DNA from: Octopus sinensis
Lineage: Eukaryota
Length of the DNA stretch: 64,000 nt
Assembly (NCBI RefSeq): GCF_006345805.1
Contig: NC_043019.1
Span: forward strand, 19,157,360 to 19,221,359
Reading direction: 5' to 3'
Both the position numbers and the translations under genes were made by a program. Below, piece after piece: positions 12,481-25,843 of the stretch (its first letter is position 1; every line of letters starts with the position of its first letter). Below the pieces are notes generated by a model. That model searched no databases and had not been told where the DNA came from. It worked only from the letters and a program-made list of their open reading frames with translations.

Positions 12481-14029
12481 GTCAACAGCTGTTTGTTGGG
12501 TCTGAAATATGTTTTAATGCTATTGTAACGCCATGACAAACAGTCCCTTGACCCTCCAACCTTCACCCATCATCATCACAACACATACCTCAAGGAACAA
12601 CAAATACTTCCATGAACTTCAAAAGAATTCAGGTTCATAGAACACAATAAACACCTCAATGTAATGGAGGAAGCCCACATTGTATTGCTCAAACTGATAG
12701 CAGCCCAATCTTTGTGAAATGTCACTAAACCACTTCAAAAAAAAAAAAAAAGGGACATGAATAATGTCATTGTAGATGTTCTTTAAAAAATGAGATGGTC
12801 ATGCTTGGAATGGTTTTGATCTGCTTGATCAAAGGTGATCCATGGATAAGCAACAATACCACAATTATCATCAAAGACTCTTCAGTATCTATATTCAACA
12901 ACAATGGAGGTTTTATAAAATCCTGTCTCCATGGCAATAAACTAATGACCATCTGAAACAATACATTGGCACCCTACACAAGAGAAATAAAATTCAGTTT
13001 CCAGAAACTAAGCAAATATATTTAACCCTTTCGTTACCAATCCGGCTGAAACCAGCTCTGGATGTAGACTCTAGAGAAACAGGGAGCTGGCAAATACTTG
13101 TTTCCAACATAAATTAAAAAACTAACTGGAAATTACTTATACAAGCTAATTAATAACCTCAACAAAGCCACACCACTTTTAACGTGTTTTAATTAAAATC
13201 TCAGGTAACATAACTGCACTCCAACAGAAAACTCAGATATTCTTCAAAACTCAGTCATTAAAAGGTGGTGACACGAAAGGTAAAATATGCCTGTTCTAAC
13301 TTGAATATGACATCTACAACTTTGTGTTACCAGAAAACTGATAGAGCAACCCCCAAACTCAAAAGCCTCAACCCTTGAGCACAAAGACCCTAAAGAAATA
13401 TCTGCCATCAAGATTTCTAGCTTCACATACCAATATTTGTCAAATTCCTAGAATCTTTAGAAGGTAAAATCATTTCAGTTTTATACCTTGACAAAGACCT
13501 AAATGAAGCAACATTACACAAATCCATCACATAATTATATGTGTCCTTAAAAATTTTAGAAAATTCATCCTTGACAGCAATCATTTGCATGTTACCCAAA
13601 CTTTACTATAATTTCAAGACTCTTCTCACAAAGCTCACCATTTCAAACCATTTTCCCTACCAGTGATATCAGCAAAACTTTTAACTTCACATGAAACAAC
13701 TTGACAAACAGCATAACTTTAGCTGTTGGCTAAGTTGACTATGTCTCAGTTTTTGAAAGTGCAATTTCCTAAAAAGTGCACCACAAGGATCTGCACCCTT
13801 CCATTATTCCCAGATGCAGCTTCTTCACTTATCAGATCCTGCACAAAAACCACTTGGTTCAAAGTAATACTTAAAGTAGTTCCTTCCTACCTCACCAGTA
13901 ACACCAAAGGATTTGGGGTTACAACCTGCCATCAACATAATTGATACATATGCACCTACAAATATGAAATGGTATCAAAAAGGTTCTTCGACAAGTTATG
14001 ATTAATAAAAAATAGCTTATTTACTTAAG

Positions 14030-14570
14030 TTTTAACAGAATCTCCTTTGAAATAGTCACCTTGCACAGCAACACACCAGTCTCACCTGCCCACTTTTGTA
14101 CTTTTGAAGAGATTTTCTGTAAGCAAGTCAAGGACCCACTGTGATTTGCTATGGATCTTGACAACAGTGTTAAAACAGCAACCTTTGAGTTGAATTTTCA
14201 TCTTGGGGAAGAGATGGAAGTCTGCAGTGCCAAATCTGGTGAATAGGGTGAGTGCAGAAGTAATACCATGTTGTTTTTGGCAAAAAGCTCACAAGTGAGG
14301 AGAACTCTGTGAAGAATTGTATTTCTTCATATTCCACAGATCCAGTTGCTTTCACTGAATGCTTCAAAAGGTTTCAGTAGAACTCTCGATTGATGGCCTG
14401 GTCCTGGGGGGACAAGTTCTTGATGCACGATACCACAAATGTCAAGAAGAACACTGAGCATGTTCTTGATTGATCTGTGGCACTGATGTCTGCTTTGGAA
14501 GTGCCTGTCCCTCTCAAAACATTGCATACGACTCATTGCTTTGTTGCCGTAAACTTGCCAAAGGGTGTCT
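14030..14570 (-). mobile_element. Mariner transposase remnant
   Basis: Minus strand reads MLSVLLDICGIVHQELVPPG and HSPYSPDLA. Confidence 0.85.
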
Positions 14571-14589
14571 ACATCTACTCATGACTAAA

Positions 14590-14804
14590 TATTGGGTTGC
14601 CGATTTATAGGAGCTTACCTTTCGACTTACCCTCCCAGGCACCTCAATTCTGGGAAGAGGGTATTTTCAAGTTAAAGCAAAAAACGGAGACGCATTGTGC
14701 AACAAAATGGTTCATATTTGGTTGATTAAAAATGTAATGGCAAGTATTTATTGACCTTTTTCTTTCCTTTAAAAATCGGCAAGAACTTTCTGGACAACCC
14801 AATA
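14590..14804. mobile_element. Mariner-type MITE
   Basis: Ends are tattgggttg ... caacccaata (TA-bounded). The left TIR lacks ~15 nt between two ttg microhomologies relative to the right TIR. Confidence 0.6.
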
Positions 14805-14973
14805 GCTATCTAAACTAACTAATGAATGCACAGTATGCACAACCAGATCCTACTTGACTTGTGAGGGAAGATGAACGCTTGTCCCGTCTGGAGCTTTGGA
14901 TCTGGGTCTTGGCCCTTAGGCTTTTTTTAGCTAATGATCTACTTATCATAGATATGGTCAGACATGCACTTAC

Positions 14974-15014
<41 letters not shown>

Positions 15015-15205
15015 CAACATCTCAGTTTTGTTTTTGTTTTCTTTATATAAAATACATTATTCTAAACAGCACATGTCTATATTCGTATGTCAGCTTTCCT
15101 TTTTATTTCTTGTTTCAATTTTAGTGTAAAGAATCTGAAAGTAATTTGGTAAATATTGTTGAAACCTGACAGACTCCACACTCCATCAAAGAAACCAAAA
15201 GAAAT

Positions 15206-15242
15206 ATGGGTGTCGATGAAAATAACATGGATTTTATAGAAG
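15206..15242 (+). CDS. Host gene coding exon 1 (exon 15125-15242; start codon at 15206): MGVDENNMDFIE
   Basis: Acceptor ttttag|15125, in-frame TGA at 15167-15169, ATG context aaatATGg, donor GAAG|GTATTT in phase 1, which joins exon 2 in frame. Confidence 0.6.
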
Positions 15243-15836
15243 GTATTTGTTTGGCTTGCTTTGCCTCTTTCTACCGTATCGTTCTTTTATTCACTTGACA
15301 CTCGTTATCTTTTACTTGTTTCAATCATTGGACTGTGACCATACTGGAGCACTACCTTCAACAATTTTAGTGAACACAATCAGCTCCAGGACTCTTTTTT
15401 AAAGTTTGGTACTTATTCTATCAGTTTCTTTTGCCAAACTGTTAAGTTACAAGGATGTAGACAGCGCATCGCTGGTTGTCAGGTGGAATGAGGACACACA
15501 CACAGACACACACACGCATATGCAACAGGCTACTTTCACTTTCTCTCTACCAAATCCACTCACAAGGCTTTGGTCGGCTTTATGTTTTTCATTTATTTTT
15601 CCCCCACATTTTCTACTATAACCCTGGGCTGAACAGTTTTGTGAATAGATTTGGTAGAGGGAAACTGAAACAAAATTATTCTCTCTATTTATAATATATC
15701 TGTCTCGTCCATGACTAGCATGGAAGGCAGATGTTAAATGATGATGATGATGATGATGATGATATATGTGTGTGTTTGTAACCCTTGAGTCTCTACTTAT
15801 TATTTAAGCTGATTTGCAATAACTGTGATGGTGAAG

Positions 15837-15874
<38 letters not shown>

Positions 15875-15899
15875 CTGTGCATGCACAGGTAAACATAAA

Positions 15900-16250
15900 C
15901 ACGCATATACCCATCATCATCACCATCACCATCATCACTTTCACATCATTTTCCCTCCTACCGCTTTCTCCTCTCTTTTCCTCCTCTTCCTCTTCCCACT
16001 ACTGCTTCTTCCTCCCTCCTCTTCCCCTCCCTCTTTCCTCTTGTGTCTCCTTTTCCTACTCTCTCCCTCTTCCTCTCTTTTCTTCCTCCCTCTTCCCTCT
16101 TCCTCCTACTGCTTCTTCCTCCCTCTTCCTCATGCTGCTTCCTCCTACTCCTCCCTCCTCCTCATGTTGCTTCCTCCCGCTTCCTTCTCTTGCTTTCTCC
16201 TCCTCCCTTCTCTCTCCTCCACTCCTCACACACCCTCTTCTCTCCCCTTC
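15900..16250. repeat. Low-complexity CAT/CCT/CTT simple repeat
   Basis: catcatcac and cttcctcct runs; these give rise to spurious ORFs. Confidence 0.9.
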
Positions 16251-17031
16251 TGTTTTGGCAACAGGAAGTGGGGCACTGGGTGTAGAAAATTCCACCAGAG
16301 ACGAGCATGGGGAAGTGATAAAAATGGGTGTTAAAATGATCTTTCCTCTCTTATCTTGTACTGCTTCCAGCCTGTGGCCATTCTGGGGCACCACCTTGAA
16401 GAATTTTAGTCAAATGAATCGGCCCCAGTTCTTATTTTTTTTTAAAGCTTGGTACTTATTCTATCGGTCTCTATTCCCTAACTGTTAAGTTATGGGGATG
16501 TAAACACACCAACACCAGTTGTCAAGTGGTGGACGAGTGTTTGGAGACAAGCACAGACACAAAGCCCCCCCCCACACACACACACACATAACCCCTTTGG
16601 TTATGAATGGGATTGCACCTACAAAGTTCCCCTCCAAGGTTGTTTGTGGAAGGCCAGCAGTCACCCATGCATACCAGCCTCCCCTCTTCACATCACCGAT
16701 GTTATCCAAGAGAAAGGCAAAGGCCAATTCAGCATCGGTAATGTCGCAACTTATTTCTACAGCTGAGTGAACTGGAACAACATGAAATGAAAGTGTCTTG
16801 CTCAAGAACACAACACACAGCCTGGTCTGGGAATCGAACACACAACCTCATGATTGTAAGCCCAATGCTCTAACCAATGAGCCATGCATGGAACTTTGGG
16901 CAAATGTCTTCTACTGTAGCCACAGGATGACTAAGGCCTTGGTAGTGGGATTGATGGATGGAACCGGAAAGAAACCAGAAGATATATATGTATATAACAA
17001 AGTAAAGTTGTAAGGTACCACACAAGTAGAA

Positions 17032-17431
17032 ATATATATGAAAGAAGGTTTGAAAATGCAATTTTAAAGATGTTTATTCACTTGACCGGTTTCACTTTTT
17101 TAGAAAAAGATTGTCAAAAGTAAAATGTAAAGCTTTGTATAAGCTTTGTTGTGTTAAGTTCTGGTTCTCACAAAAGTATTAAAATACATATTTACATTCT
17201 TTGATAATAATAAGAAAATGTTAAAAACAGTTTACAAGGAAATGTCTGAGAAAATATTTCTTATTATTATCAAAGACTGTATAGATGTATTTTAATACTT
17301 TTGTGACAACCAGGACTTAACACAACAAAGCTTTACATTTTACTTTTGACAATTATTTTTCTAAAAAAGTGAAACCGGTCAAGTGAATAAACATCTTTAA
17401 AATTGCATTTTCAAACCTTCTTTCATATATA
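17032..17431. mobile_element. Foldback/MITE-like long inverted repeat
   Basis: atatatatgaaagaaggtttgaaaatgcaattttaaagatgtttattcacttgaccggtttcac... is mirrored by ...gtgaaaccggtcaagtgaataaacatctttaaaattgcattttcaaaccttctttcatatata. Arms are ~180-190 bp, the spacer ~35 bp, with TA-rich flanks. Confidence 0.85.
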
Positions 17432-17829
17432 CATATATAAACACACACTCACGATGGGCTTCTTTCTGCAGTCAATGTAGCAAAGGAAAGTTGTAAGGTT
17501 GTGTTCTCTTGTTTTTCCCCAAATTGTGTAGAGATGATTGGTGCTGGTGATCTCTTGTGCCTTCATCGCTTCCAAAGCCAGCCTGTTCTTTAGCTATTTC
17601 TTGTTGAAAGGATGGTTTCAAATGTTCTAGGATTATGACAAGAAGTATTTTGCTTGTATGTAGTATCAGAGTGATTGTTCAATAATTTTCACACATAAGT
17701 ATATTAGTGGTGGAAGAGGGAGGTAGGCAGGGCTATAAAAGGAGTTGATAAGTAGCTGTACAAGCCATGTATAGGGGTACAGTCAGTAGGGTGGGAGTCA
17801 GCCATGAGTACAGTGATGAATTTAGTGTA

Positions 17830-18200
17830 CAAGTAGGAGTTCACCAGGGGACACCTCTTATATATTGATGATCTCACTTTTATAGCAGAATCTTTAACAG
17901 AATTGCAAAAGATATTCCAGGTGTAGAAGCAAAGCCTGGACTCAAAGGGCCTTAAAGTTCATCTGGTAAATATCAAGGTTGTTGTTAGCAAGAAAGCAGA
18001 TTAAAGTGTCTTTCCAGCTGGTAGATGGCCCTGCTCAATATATTGGAAAGATGTTGGAAGGAATTCCATTCATTGCACCCAGTGCAAGCTATGGACACAC
18101 AAGAGGTGCAGTGGAATGACAGGTAGATTAACAGAGAAATTTGTCTCTGAATGTAACTGACATGAAGTGAAAATAAACACCAAGGACATGCGAGGGGGAA
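17830..18200 (+). mobile_element. RTE-clade LINE fragment (PHD-in-RT family)
   Basis: ggtagatggccctgctcaata...gaattccattcattgcacccagtgcaagctatggacacacaagaggtgcagtgga, homologous to 2780-3240 and 43550-43700. Confidence 0.8.
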
Positions 18201-18378
18201 ACAGGAAATGTCCTCTGTGGGACAAACCTGTTATAGTTCAGGCTTCTGCTACTTGATATGACCCTCAGGCATCTTGATGCCACTTGAACCGACCCTCAGG
18301 CATCAGTCTACCGACCAACAGTAGGGATTCTGCTGAGTGGTGTTGTGCAGTGCTTCTCCCTGTTTCTCAATTTTTGCA

Positions 18379-19008
18379 ATGGCTGAAATGAATGAACAGT
18401 GTGCTTCCATGAAATTCTGTTTTCTGCTGGGGAAAACAGCAGCCAAAATAGTTCTCATGCTTCAAACAGCCTACAACGATGCTACCATGAGCAAAACACA
18501 AGTTTATGGTTTTCAAGCTTTAGGAATGATCACTTGAAAATTCATGAATTATCTTGGAGGACCATCACTGAATAAGTGACAAACTTGTTGATACGACTGA
18601 TATGTCCTGGAGCTCCTGCCAACGAATTTTGAGTGAAAAATTGCGAATGAAAATACTTGCAGCAAAATTTGTGTCTCACTTGCTCACAGAAGATAAAAAG
18701 CAGTCATGACTGAATGTGTGTCATGAATTGAAAGAACAATTGGAAGTTGATCTGGGCCATTCTTCAAAGGTGACAAACGCTGGTGCTTTGGAATTTTCAG
18801 ATGTAGAAGAAGTGAAGAAAGAGATGATGGAGGAAGTGAAAGGTATCACTTTGCAAGAGTTCCAGGACTGATTCTAATGAAACACGCATGGACCGATGCA
18901 CTGCTTCAAATGGAGAATACTTTGAAGGTGATAAAAGCATAAAGACGTGAAACTAAGTGAATGAAACAATACTGCCAAATTCTGGTTTGTTTTGGATAAC
19001 CCCTCGTA
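18379..19008 (+). mobile_element. Internally deleted mariner element
   Basis: MAEMNEQCASMKFCFLLGKTAAK...TMSKTQVY (HTH), AAKFVSHLLTED, and a 3' TIR-like end ttggataacccctcgta. Confidence 0.8.
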
Positions 19009-19559
19009 CAGGAGGAATTCAATTTTCTCAGATGCCCAGATGTGCTACTGTAGTGGAGACACATGGCTACCCAGCCAGAGGGAAGAACAAGACAAAGAGA
19101 GAGAAAGTGGAAGACAGCAAGGGTGCAAGAGAGAAATAGTGGCAAAGTGCCAGGGCATACTGACAAGGGGCAGGGATCAAAATGTAGACGGGATGGTAGA
19201 GTAAAGGAAGAGAAAGATAGATAGGGGCAAGTACCAGGACATAGCGTTAAGGTGTACAGAAGTCATAAGTGGCAGGATACTAGCAAAGAAGCGTGAGTAG
19301 GGAGTAGGTGTGGGGAATGCAGTGACTGGTGAGAACCTGACCATATAGAGGGGTGGGGGACTATGGGATAGCCATGATGCAGTGAGGACAAGATTGGGGA
19401 GTGAGAGATAATCAATCATATTGCATGAAAGAGGAAATTTGAGGGAAAGAAAAGATGCGGATTGGGAGAAGAGATATCGTTTGGTTTGTCGGGGGTCGGG
19501 GTGTGTGGGCAGAACACAACACTCACTGACGTGGGTGGGTCTTCTCGAGAATCTCATAT

Positions 19560-19790
19560 TGCCAGACATCTCGGTCCATTGTCATTTCTTCCACGAGGCC
19601 CAACATCCTGAGATCAGTCCTTACCACTTCATCTCCTGTCTTTCTGGGTTTCCCTCTTCCTCCTTCCCCAGGTACCATCCACTTCCAGTGATCGGCACTT
19701 CTTTATACCACTGCCCTCATTCATATGCATCACATGTCCAAACCAATGCAGTCTTCTCTCTTGCATGCTGCACTTGATTCCTCTTATGCT
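19560..19790 (-). mobile_element. RTE LINE 3' coding fragment
   Basis: Minus strand QERRLHWFGHVMHM...KKCRSLEVDG, homologous to 44100-44300. Confidence 0.75.
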
Positions 19791-20819
19791 GATCCAGTCA
19801 CACAGTTGAACTTATGCATTATCATTATCTCAGCATCCTCTACTTTTCCATGCTTTCATGAGTCTGACAAGAGTATTTTGGGGCAGAGTTTTCTATGGTT
19901 AGATGTCTTTCCTCTTACCAACTTCCACCTGTTTCCAGCTGAGGCCATAAACTCCAAATCTATCAAGCAAAAAAATAACCTGGGTACGCTTATGTGGTGA
20001 ACTGTAAACAAATGACACTGGAAAAAGCCTTTTGTTTACAAAGACCAAGGAGTGTGTTGAGACAATGTTCAGAAGTCTGGACAGGCTTTCACAGTGGGCT
20101 GATTGCAAATGACAGTGAAACCACTGTTTATAAATCAGTAAGCAAATTGCATGTGTAGATCATCATCATCATCATTTTCCATGCTGGCATGGGTTGGACA
20201 GTTTGACTGAAAAATGGTAAGCTGGGAGGTGGGGGGCTGTACCAGGTTCCAATCTGATTTGGTAAGGTTTCTACAGCTGGATGACCTTCCTAATGCCAAC
20301 CACTCTGAGAGTGTAGTGGGTGTTTTTTTATGAACCATTGACCTGACACCGGCATCAGCCACAACTACGGTCTCACTTGGCTGGACAGGTCTACACAAGC
20401 ACGGTATATCACCAAAGGTCTTGGTCACTTGTCACCGCCTGCATGGGGCCCAACACTCAAGTGGTGCCTTTTACGTGCCACCAGCATGGGTGCCAGTCAG
20501 ATGGCACTGGCTTTGGCCACCACTATGATTTCACTTGGCTTGAGAGGTTTTTCAGAAGCACAGCACATTGCCCAATAATTGAAGAGAAATATAAAATCAC
20601 CCACAAAAGACTCAGGCACCCATATACATACATCATCATCATATAACATCCGTTTGCCATGCTGGCATGAGTTGGATGGTTTAACAGCAACTGCAACAGA
20701 CTCCATTATCTGTTTTGGCATGGTTTCTATAGCTGGATAGCTTTCTTAATGCCAACCACTTTACAGAATGTAGTTGGTACTTTTTGTGTGACCCCTTCTC
20801 CAACTGGGTCATCAAGCAT

Positions 20820-21027
20820 CTTATTTCCCACAAGGGGCTAAACAAGGACACACAGAAGGATTAAGTTGATTACATCAACCCCAGTGTGTAACTGGTACTT
20901 AATTTATTGACCCTGAAAGGATGAAAGGCAAAGTCGACCTTGGCGGAATTTGAACTCAGAACATAATGGCAGATGAAATACTGCTAAGCATTTGGCCCGG
21001 CATGCTAACGTTTCTGCCAGCTCGCCA
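20820..21027 (-). mobile_element. tRNA-derived SINE with Meta/MESC-like central domain
   Basis: Minus strand has a tRNA-like head (gagttcaaattccgcc) followed by aaggtcgactttgcctttcatcctttcagggtcaataaattaagtacc. The domain name is from recall only. Confidence 0.7.
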
Positions 21028-21149
21028 CACTTATCAAGCATCTTGCAAGACAAAATCCCCTCAGCTGGGAGTGGGGGGGGGGGGTAGTATTGATGGAGTA
21101 GTGGCTTTGTGCTACTTGGAAAAGAAAAGTGAAACTTGAAAAAGTTGAG

Positions 21150-22540
21150 GGCTTGGCCAAAGAAGATGTCTATCAACCACACTGCTTGATTGGTAGAGGA
21201 CTTTGAACACTCGATGGCATTCCAGATTCCAAGTGCCTTGACTTGGTCTTTAGCTGGTCCATGGCTGCTCTCTGTCAAAGAGACAACCTATGGAAAAGTG
21301 AGTCTGACAAATAGGAACCATATCTGTTTACCATCAAAGAGTTTCTGGGAATGTAGCAGTCTTTTTGCACAACTGCATCTTGTCCTTATCAGCCATAGCA
21401 TTCCCAGTCCTCCATTCATTTGGCAGCAAATAAAGCACTGCCCCTGGCAAAATGTGGAACAGGAGCTGTTCCATCTTGATCAGATATGAGCTGGGGCAAG
21501 ACATGATGGTCATCAGGTAGTAATAAATGATGGAGATGATGTAAGTGTTCACCTCCTCTGCCCAATTTTTCAGAGTTAGTTTTTTTATCAATTCATTTCT
21601 GTGTTAGGATTGGCCACTCTGCTTGTTGATCCAATTATCTATCCAGTGCTCCATAGTACAAGTGGATGGCATGAAGATGGTTCTTTCACATCCTAGTTTT
21701 TATGGGATTCCCATCAATATCTCTTGTTTCTGTGGCAGTGGCTCTAGAGTCAATACATAAAGAAGAGACAAGAATTGATAACCTTGACAGACCAAGTGTA
21801 TGTAGTTGAATGGTTCAGACAGGTGACCATTCATCCTAATCACTGAGCAGATGGGACTGAAATTAGCTGCAGTGAAGACAGTCATCATGTATTAATGGTT
21901 GACTCTATCAAATGTGTGCTAAGAGGTTTCCAAACAAGTCTGAAATGTAAAAATAAAAGTCTTAGGCAGTACACCATCCAAGACAGGTGATTTACCCACT
22001 GTACAGCCAGCCATTAATTCCTATATTTCTGAAGCTGTTATTGACTTTTTTTGCGACACTCCACTTCTCTAGACAAGAGTCATGGCAGGTTGTTAAGGTA
22101 AGTGCTGAAATCTGTTCTGTGATTAGGCTTACCACTCATCCTGAACAGTTAAGTACTGTTGAAAAGCTGCACACATCTAATCAGGTTTAAATAACATACC
22201 CATCATGCTCTACCAATGACCAAATTGAGGTCTTGTTACCACATTGCATGCAGGCCACTTGGGCCCATCAGATGGCTTTTGTTTTCTCGTGTCTTAGCTC
22301 TGACAACACAGCTTTCATGCTTTGCATTGATAAATTGGTCAATGGCTAATCTCACCACAAACACATGAGTTATGATGCCTTTCCTATGTGCCTCCTCTAA
22401 GTTTCTTACTAGATTTCCCTGTAATCTATTTTTCTCTTGCTATTTCCTTACTAAACCTTATTGATTCCACTTTAATCACCCTTGTGTCCTCATCAATGCC
22501 CACTTAACTACTTTGTTAATCCAGTCTTTGTAAGTTTGGT
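21150..22540 (-). mobile_element. Tx1/L1-clade LINE RT remnant
   Basis: Minus strand ESCVVRAK (linker), SVIRMNGHLSEPF...VCQGYQFLSLLYVLTLEPL (cf. VNG.LS..F...SVRQGCPLSPLLYVLALEPL), and KLTLKNWAEEVNTYIISIIYY (cf. LSLKGRAEV.N.YI). Confidence 0.7.
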
Positions 22541-23589
22541 GCACTAGAAGTGACACATTCAGTTTCCAGTAATCAAATCCCTACCTACAGAGCCTATCTA
22601 GGCCAAACATACAGATCACAAATTTATGGTCTGAGCAGTTGACAATTTTAAATTGTGGACAAGCTTTGCTATCTTTATGTACTGGCCTACAGATTATTCT
22701 GTTTCTGAGGGTCCTGCACTCTACATTTTTTTAACTCTCTTTCATATCAATGCTAAGAGGCCTGGGGAACAGTTACACCCGAGGGCCTTTAATACTCTCA
22801 GTCTGCCCCTGTCAGTGAGGTTTCAAAATAATAATTGGAGGAAACTTAAATAAAAAAGTTTTTAACCTCATTGAATTTTATTCATATTTAATTCACTTTG
22901 GATGCACTCCTTAAAAGTATTTTCAATAAAAGTTTAATCATTCTCATTATACAAGCCTATATCAAATACATGTAATATACATTTTCCCTGCCTACCCACC
23001 CAGTCCAGTCCCCTGTCTCATTTCACCTATACTCATCCCACCCACTGTACCTCAAGGGGTATGTCCTGACACACATTCATCTCTATCTTTCTCTCCCTTC
23101 TCCTCTAACTGGGATATCCTTGTACCTGTTCTACAGCCACTATCTCTATCACTCTATTATTCTTTTAACCCCTCATTTACTGGCACAAAGCCACCTCTCT
23201 CGATACTACTCCCCCTCCCAGTCAAGGGGCCTTTGCCTTGTCTTGCAAGTCACTTGGTCACCCCACTGGTGCTGGTGCCACATAAAAAGCACCCGGTACA
23301 CCCTGTAAAGTGATTGGCTTTAGGAAAGGCATCTAGCCATAGCAATCTTGTCACAACAACCTCCTCGCTTGCCAGTTCTTGTCAAACCATCCAATTCATG
23401 CCAGCATGAAAAGAATGTGCAATGGGGATTATGGCGATGATGATGATGGTGATGATAATAGATTATATATCATTGTTAGTTTATTTCTTTTAAAATGGCA
23501 TGGTTATTGATGGCACAGGTATACAAGTGTGTGTGTGTGTGCATGTGTATGTGTATTTGTGGTGAGGTCCTGCGATTTGGTGTCCCTTC

Positions 23590-25215
23590 ATAAAATTATT
23601 TGTGTAATCTGGAGGGATGGTGCAATGCTTAAGGACTGGAAGGATGCAGTTATTTTTCGTCTCTATAAAGGAAAGGGAGCCAGAGTAGGGTGTGGCAACT
23701 ACAGAGGTATTGATCTACTATCAGCTGCTGGCAAGGTTCTGGCAAATATTCTTGAATGGTTGTCTTGTAAATGATGTTCTATCAGAATATCTATATGGTT
23801 TCTGATCTGGAAGAGGAACAATGGATATGATTTTCACAGCAAGACAGATGCAGGAGAAGTGCTATGAGCAGAATATGGATCTTGTCCAGGTATTCATTGA
23901 CTTAACCAAGGCGTTGATTCTGTGGCCTCCAAATGGGAAATATTTGGCAAACCTGGATGTCTGGATCCTTTTGTATCAATAATCAAATCATTTCATGATG
24001 GGATGGATGCTTGGGTCAGTGTTGGTGGTGGCATGGCAGGACCCATTCCTCTAGAGAATGGTGTCAAGCAGGGTGACATCCTTGCCCCAACTCTCTTTTC
24101 TCTGTACTTTGTTGCTACTCTTACTCATGCTTTTGCTGTGGACAGCTCTCCCGGGGTATATGTTAGGTATCGATCTTCTGGCCGTCTTTTTTAACCTGCA
24201 TCAATTTGCTGCCAATTCCAAAGTTTGTCAGTCTGTTATTCTTGACCTCATGACCTCCTTTATGCAGGTGACTGTTACTTAGTCACTCATACAGTGGATG
24301 ACATGCAAATACTTGTGAATCATATTTCTGCTTCTTGCAAGGCATTTGGACTCAGCATTAGCTTGGACAAAACTGTTGTAATGTTCCAATCTGCACCAGG
24401 AGGTCCATATGTGGAATCAGCTATCTTGATTGAAGGAACAATACTGAAAGTGGTAGACAAGTTTGTCTACCTGAGCAGCACGCTCAGCTGTTCTTGCTCC
24501 CTGGATGAAGAATTATCTTTCAGGCTGCAGAGAGCAACTGATTCCTTCAGATCTCTTGAGTCTTGTGTCTGGTCCCAGCATGGCATCACAAGGTGAAAAA
24601 AAATTGCTGTGTACCATGCATGTGTATTGACATCACTCTTTTATTCATGTAAGACATGGACCCTTTACAAATGTTATGTAAGGGTCCTTGAACGCTTCCA
24701 TCAGAGATGTATGAGACACATTCTGAATGTTGGCTGGACCCTAAAACTCCAGGCACACAGATCCTGAGGACAGCTGATATCTTGAGTATTGAGGCGATGG
24801 TGCACAAATGAAGTTACATTGGACTGGACACTTTGTTAGAATGAATGATAGCAGGCTCCCTAAACAGATGCTGTATGGGGAATTTGTGAATTAGTGGTAA
24901 GAGTCCCTGGCAGAAGCCAACACTGATTTAAGGACTGTGTAAAGACCTCATTAAAGGCCTGTGAAATGTGTGTGTGTTGTGGGAGGCCCTGACTGGGACA
25001 GTAATGCTTGTCATAGCCACTGAAGCAGGTAAAGGAGGGAGTTGATATCTTTGAAAGAGCATGTATTCTTCATGAAGAATTTAAGCGTGCTGCCCGAAAA
25101 TGCACTGCTAGTGTAATGAATGGGAAAAGCTTTGTCTGCAACATTTGAAGTTGTGTATGTTTGTCAAGAGCAGGGCTCGTTAGTCACCAGTGGAGCTGCA
25201 AGTGTAAAGTATAAG
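23590..25215 (+). mobile_element. RTE-BovB-like LINE, 5'-truncated, with terminal C2H2/C2HC finger
   Basis: DWKDAVI..LYKGKG...CGNYRGI.LLS.AGKVLA; GRGTMDMIFTARQMQEKC.EQN; NGVKQGDILAPTLFSLYF; GLSISLDKTVVM; a 3' FVCNI...CLSRAGLVSHQ segment. Frameshifted. Confidence 0.92.
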
Positions 25216-25843
25216 GTAGTCTTGGGTGCACAATGATCCTAAAGGTGAGTAATGATTTTTCTTGGTCATGAGTGGATGGCCATCATGAGTGTATGCATAT
25301 GTATATATGCATATGTATATATGCATATGTATATATGTATATGTATATATGTATATGTCTATGTCCATTCCTGTGTTTGTCTATAGTCTAAAAAATTGAT
25401 GTAGCTATATTAGTGTGACTTGGAGCAGTTTAACAAAGAGAGATTAATAAATGATGTCCTAGATTGAAGAATAGGTTCTGGATATAAATCAATTATAAAA
25501 AAACTTGAAGGCGTAGCTCCAGCATGGCAGAAAATCCAGTGACTGGAAACTTTAAATGAATAAAGACTATAAACACACAGGCATGCACACATGCAAGCAC
25601 ACGCATGCATGCACGTGTGCACACACAATCATTCAAATGATATAATTCTTTAACAACTGCCAGAAATTATAATTGCTTGTGGCAATAAAATAGTTTAAAT
25701 TTAAGAATCCTTAACTTTGTCTTGTCTTCTTATACGTATTATCAACAATGGAGGTTATAAAGTTATGAATCTCACTCTCTTAAAAAGTATTATGCAAAAC
25801 AGCTTCATGCCATATTAGTGTATCTCTTCATTCCTTCATTCAG

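Noticed and set aside
13200-13960. Possible L1/Tx1 endonuclease remnant on - strand
   Set aside because: Too degraded to read diagnostic motifs.
15167-15169. Selenocysteine reading of the in-frame TGA
   Set aside because: No redox motif context, and the 3'UTR (SECIS) is not in the window; a 5'UTR stop is simpler.
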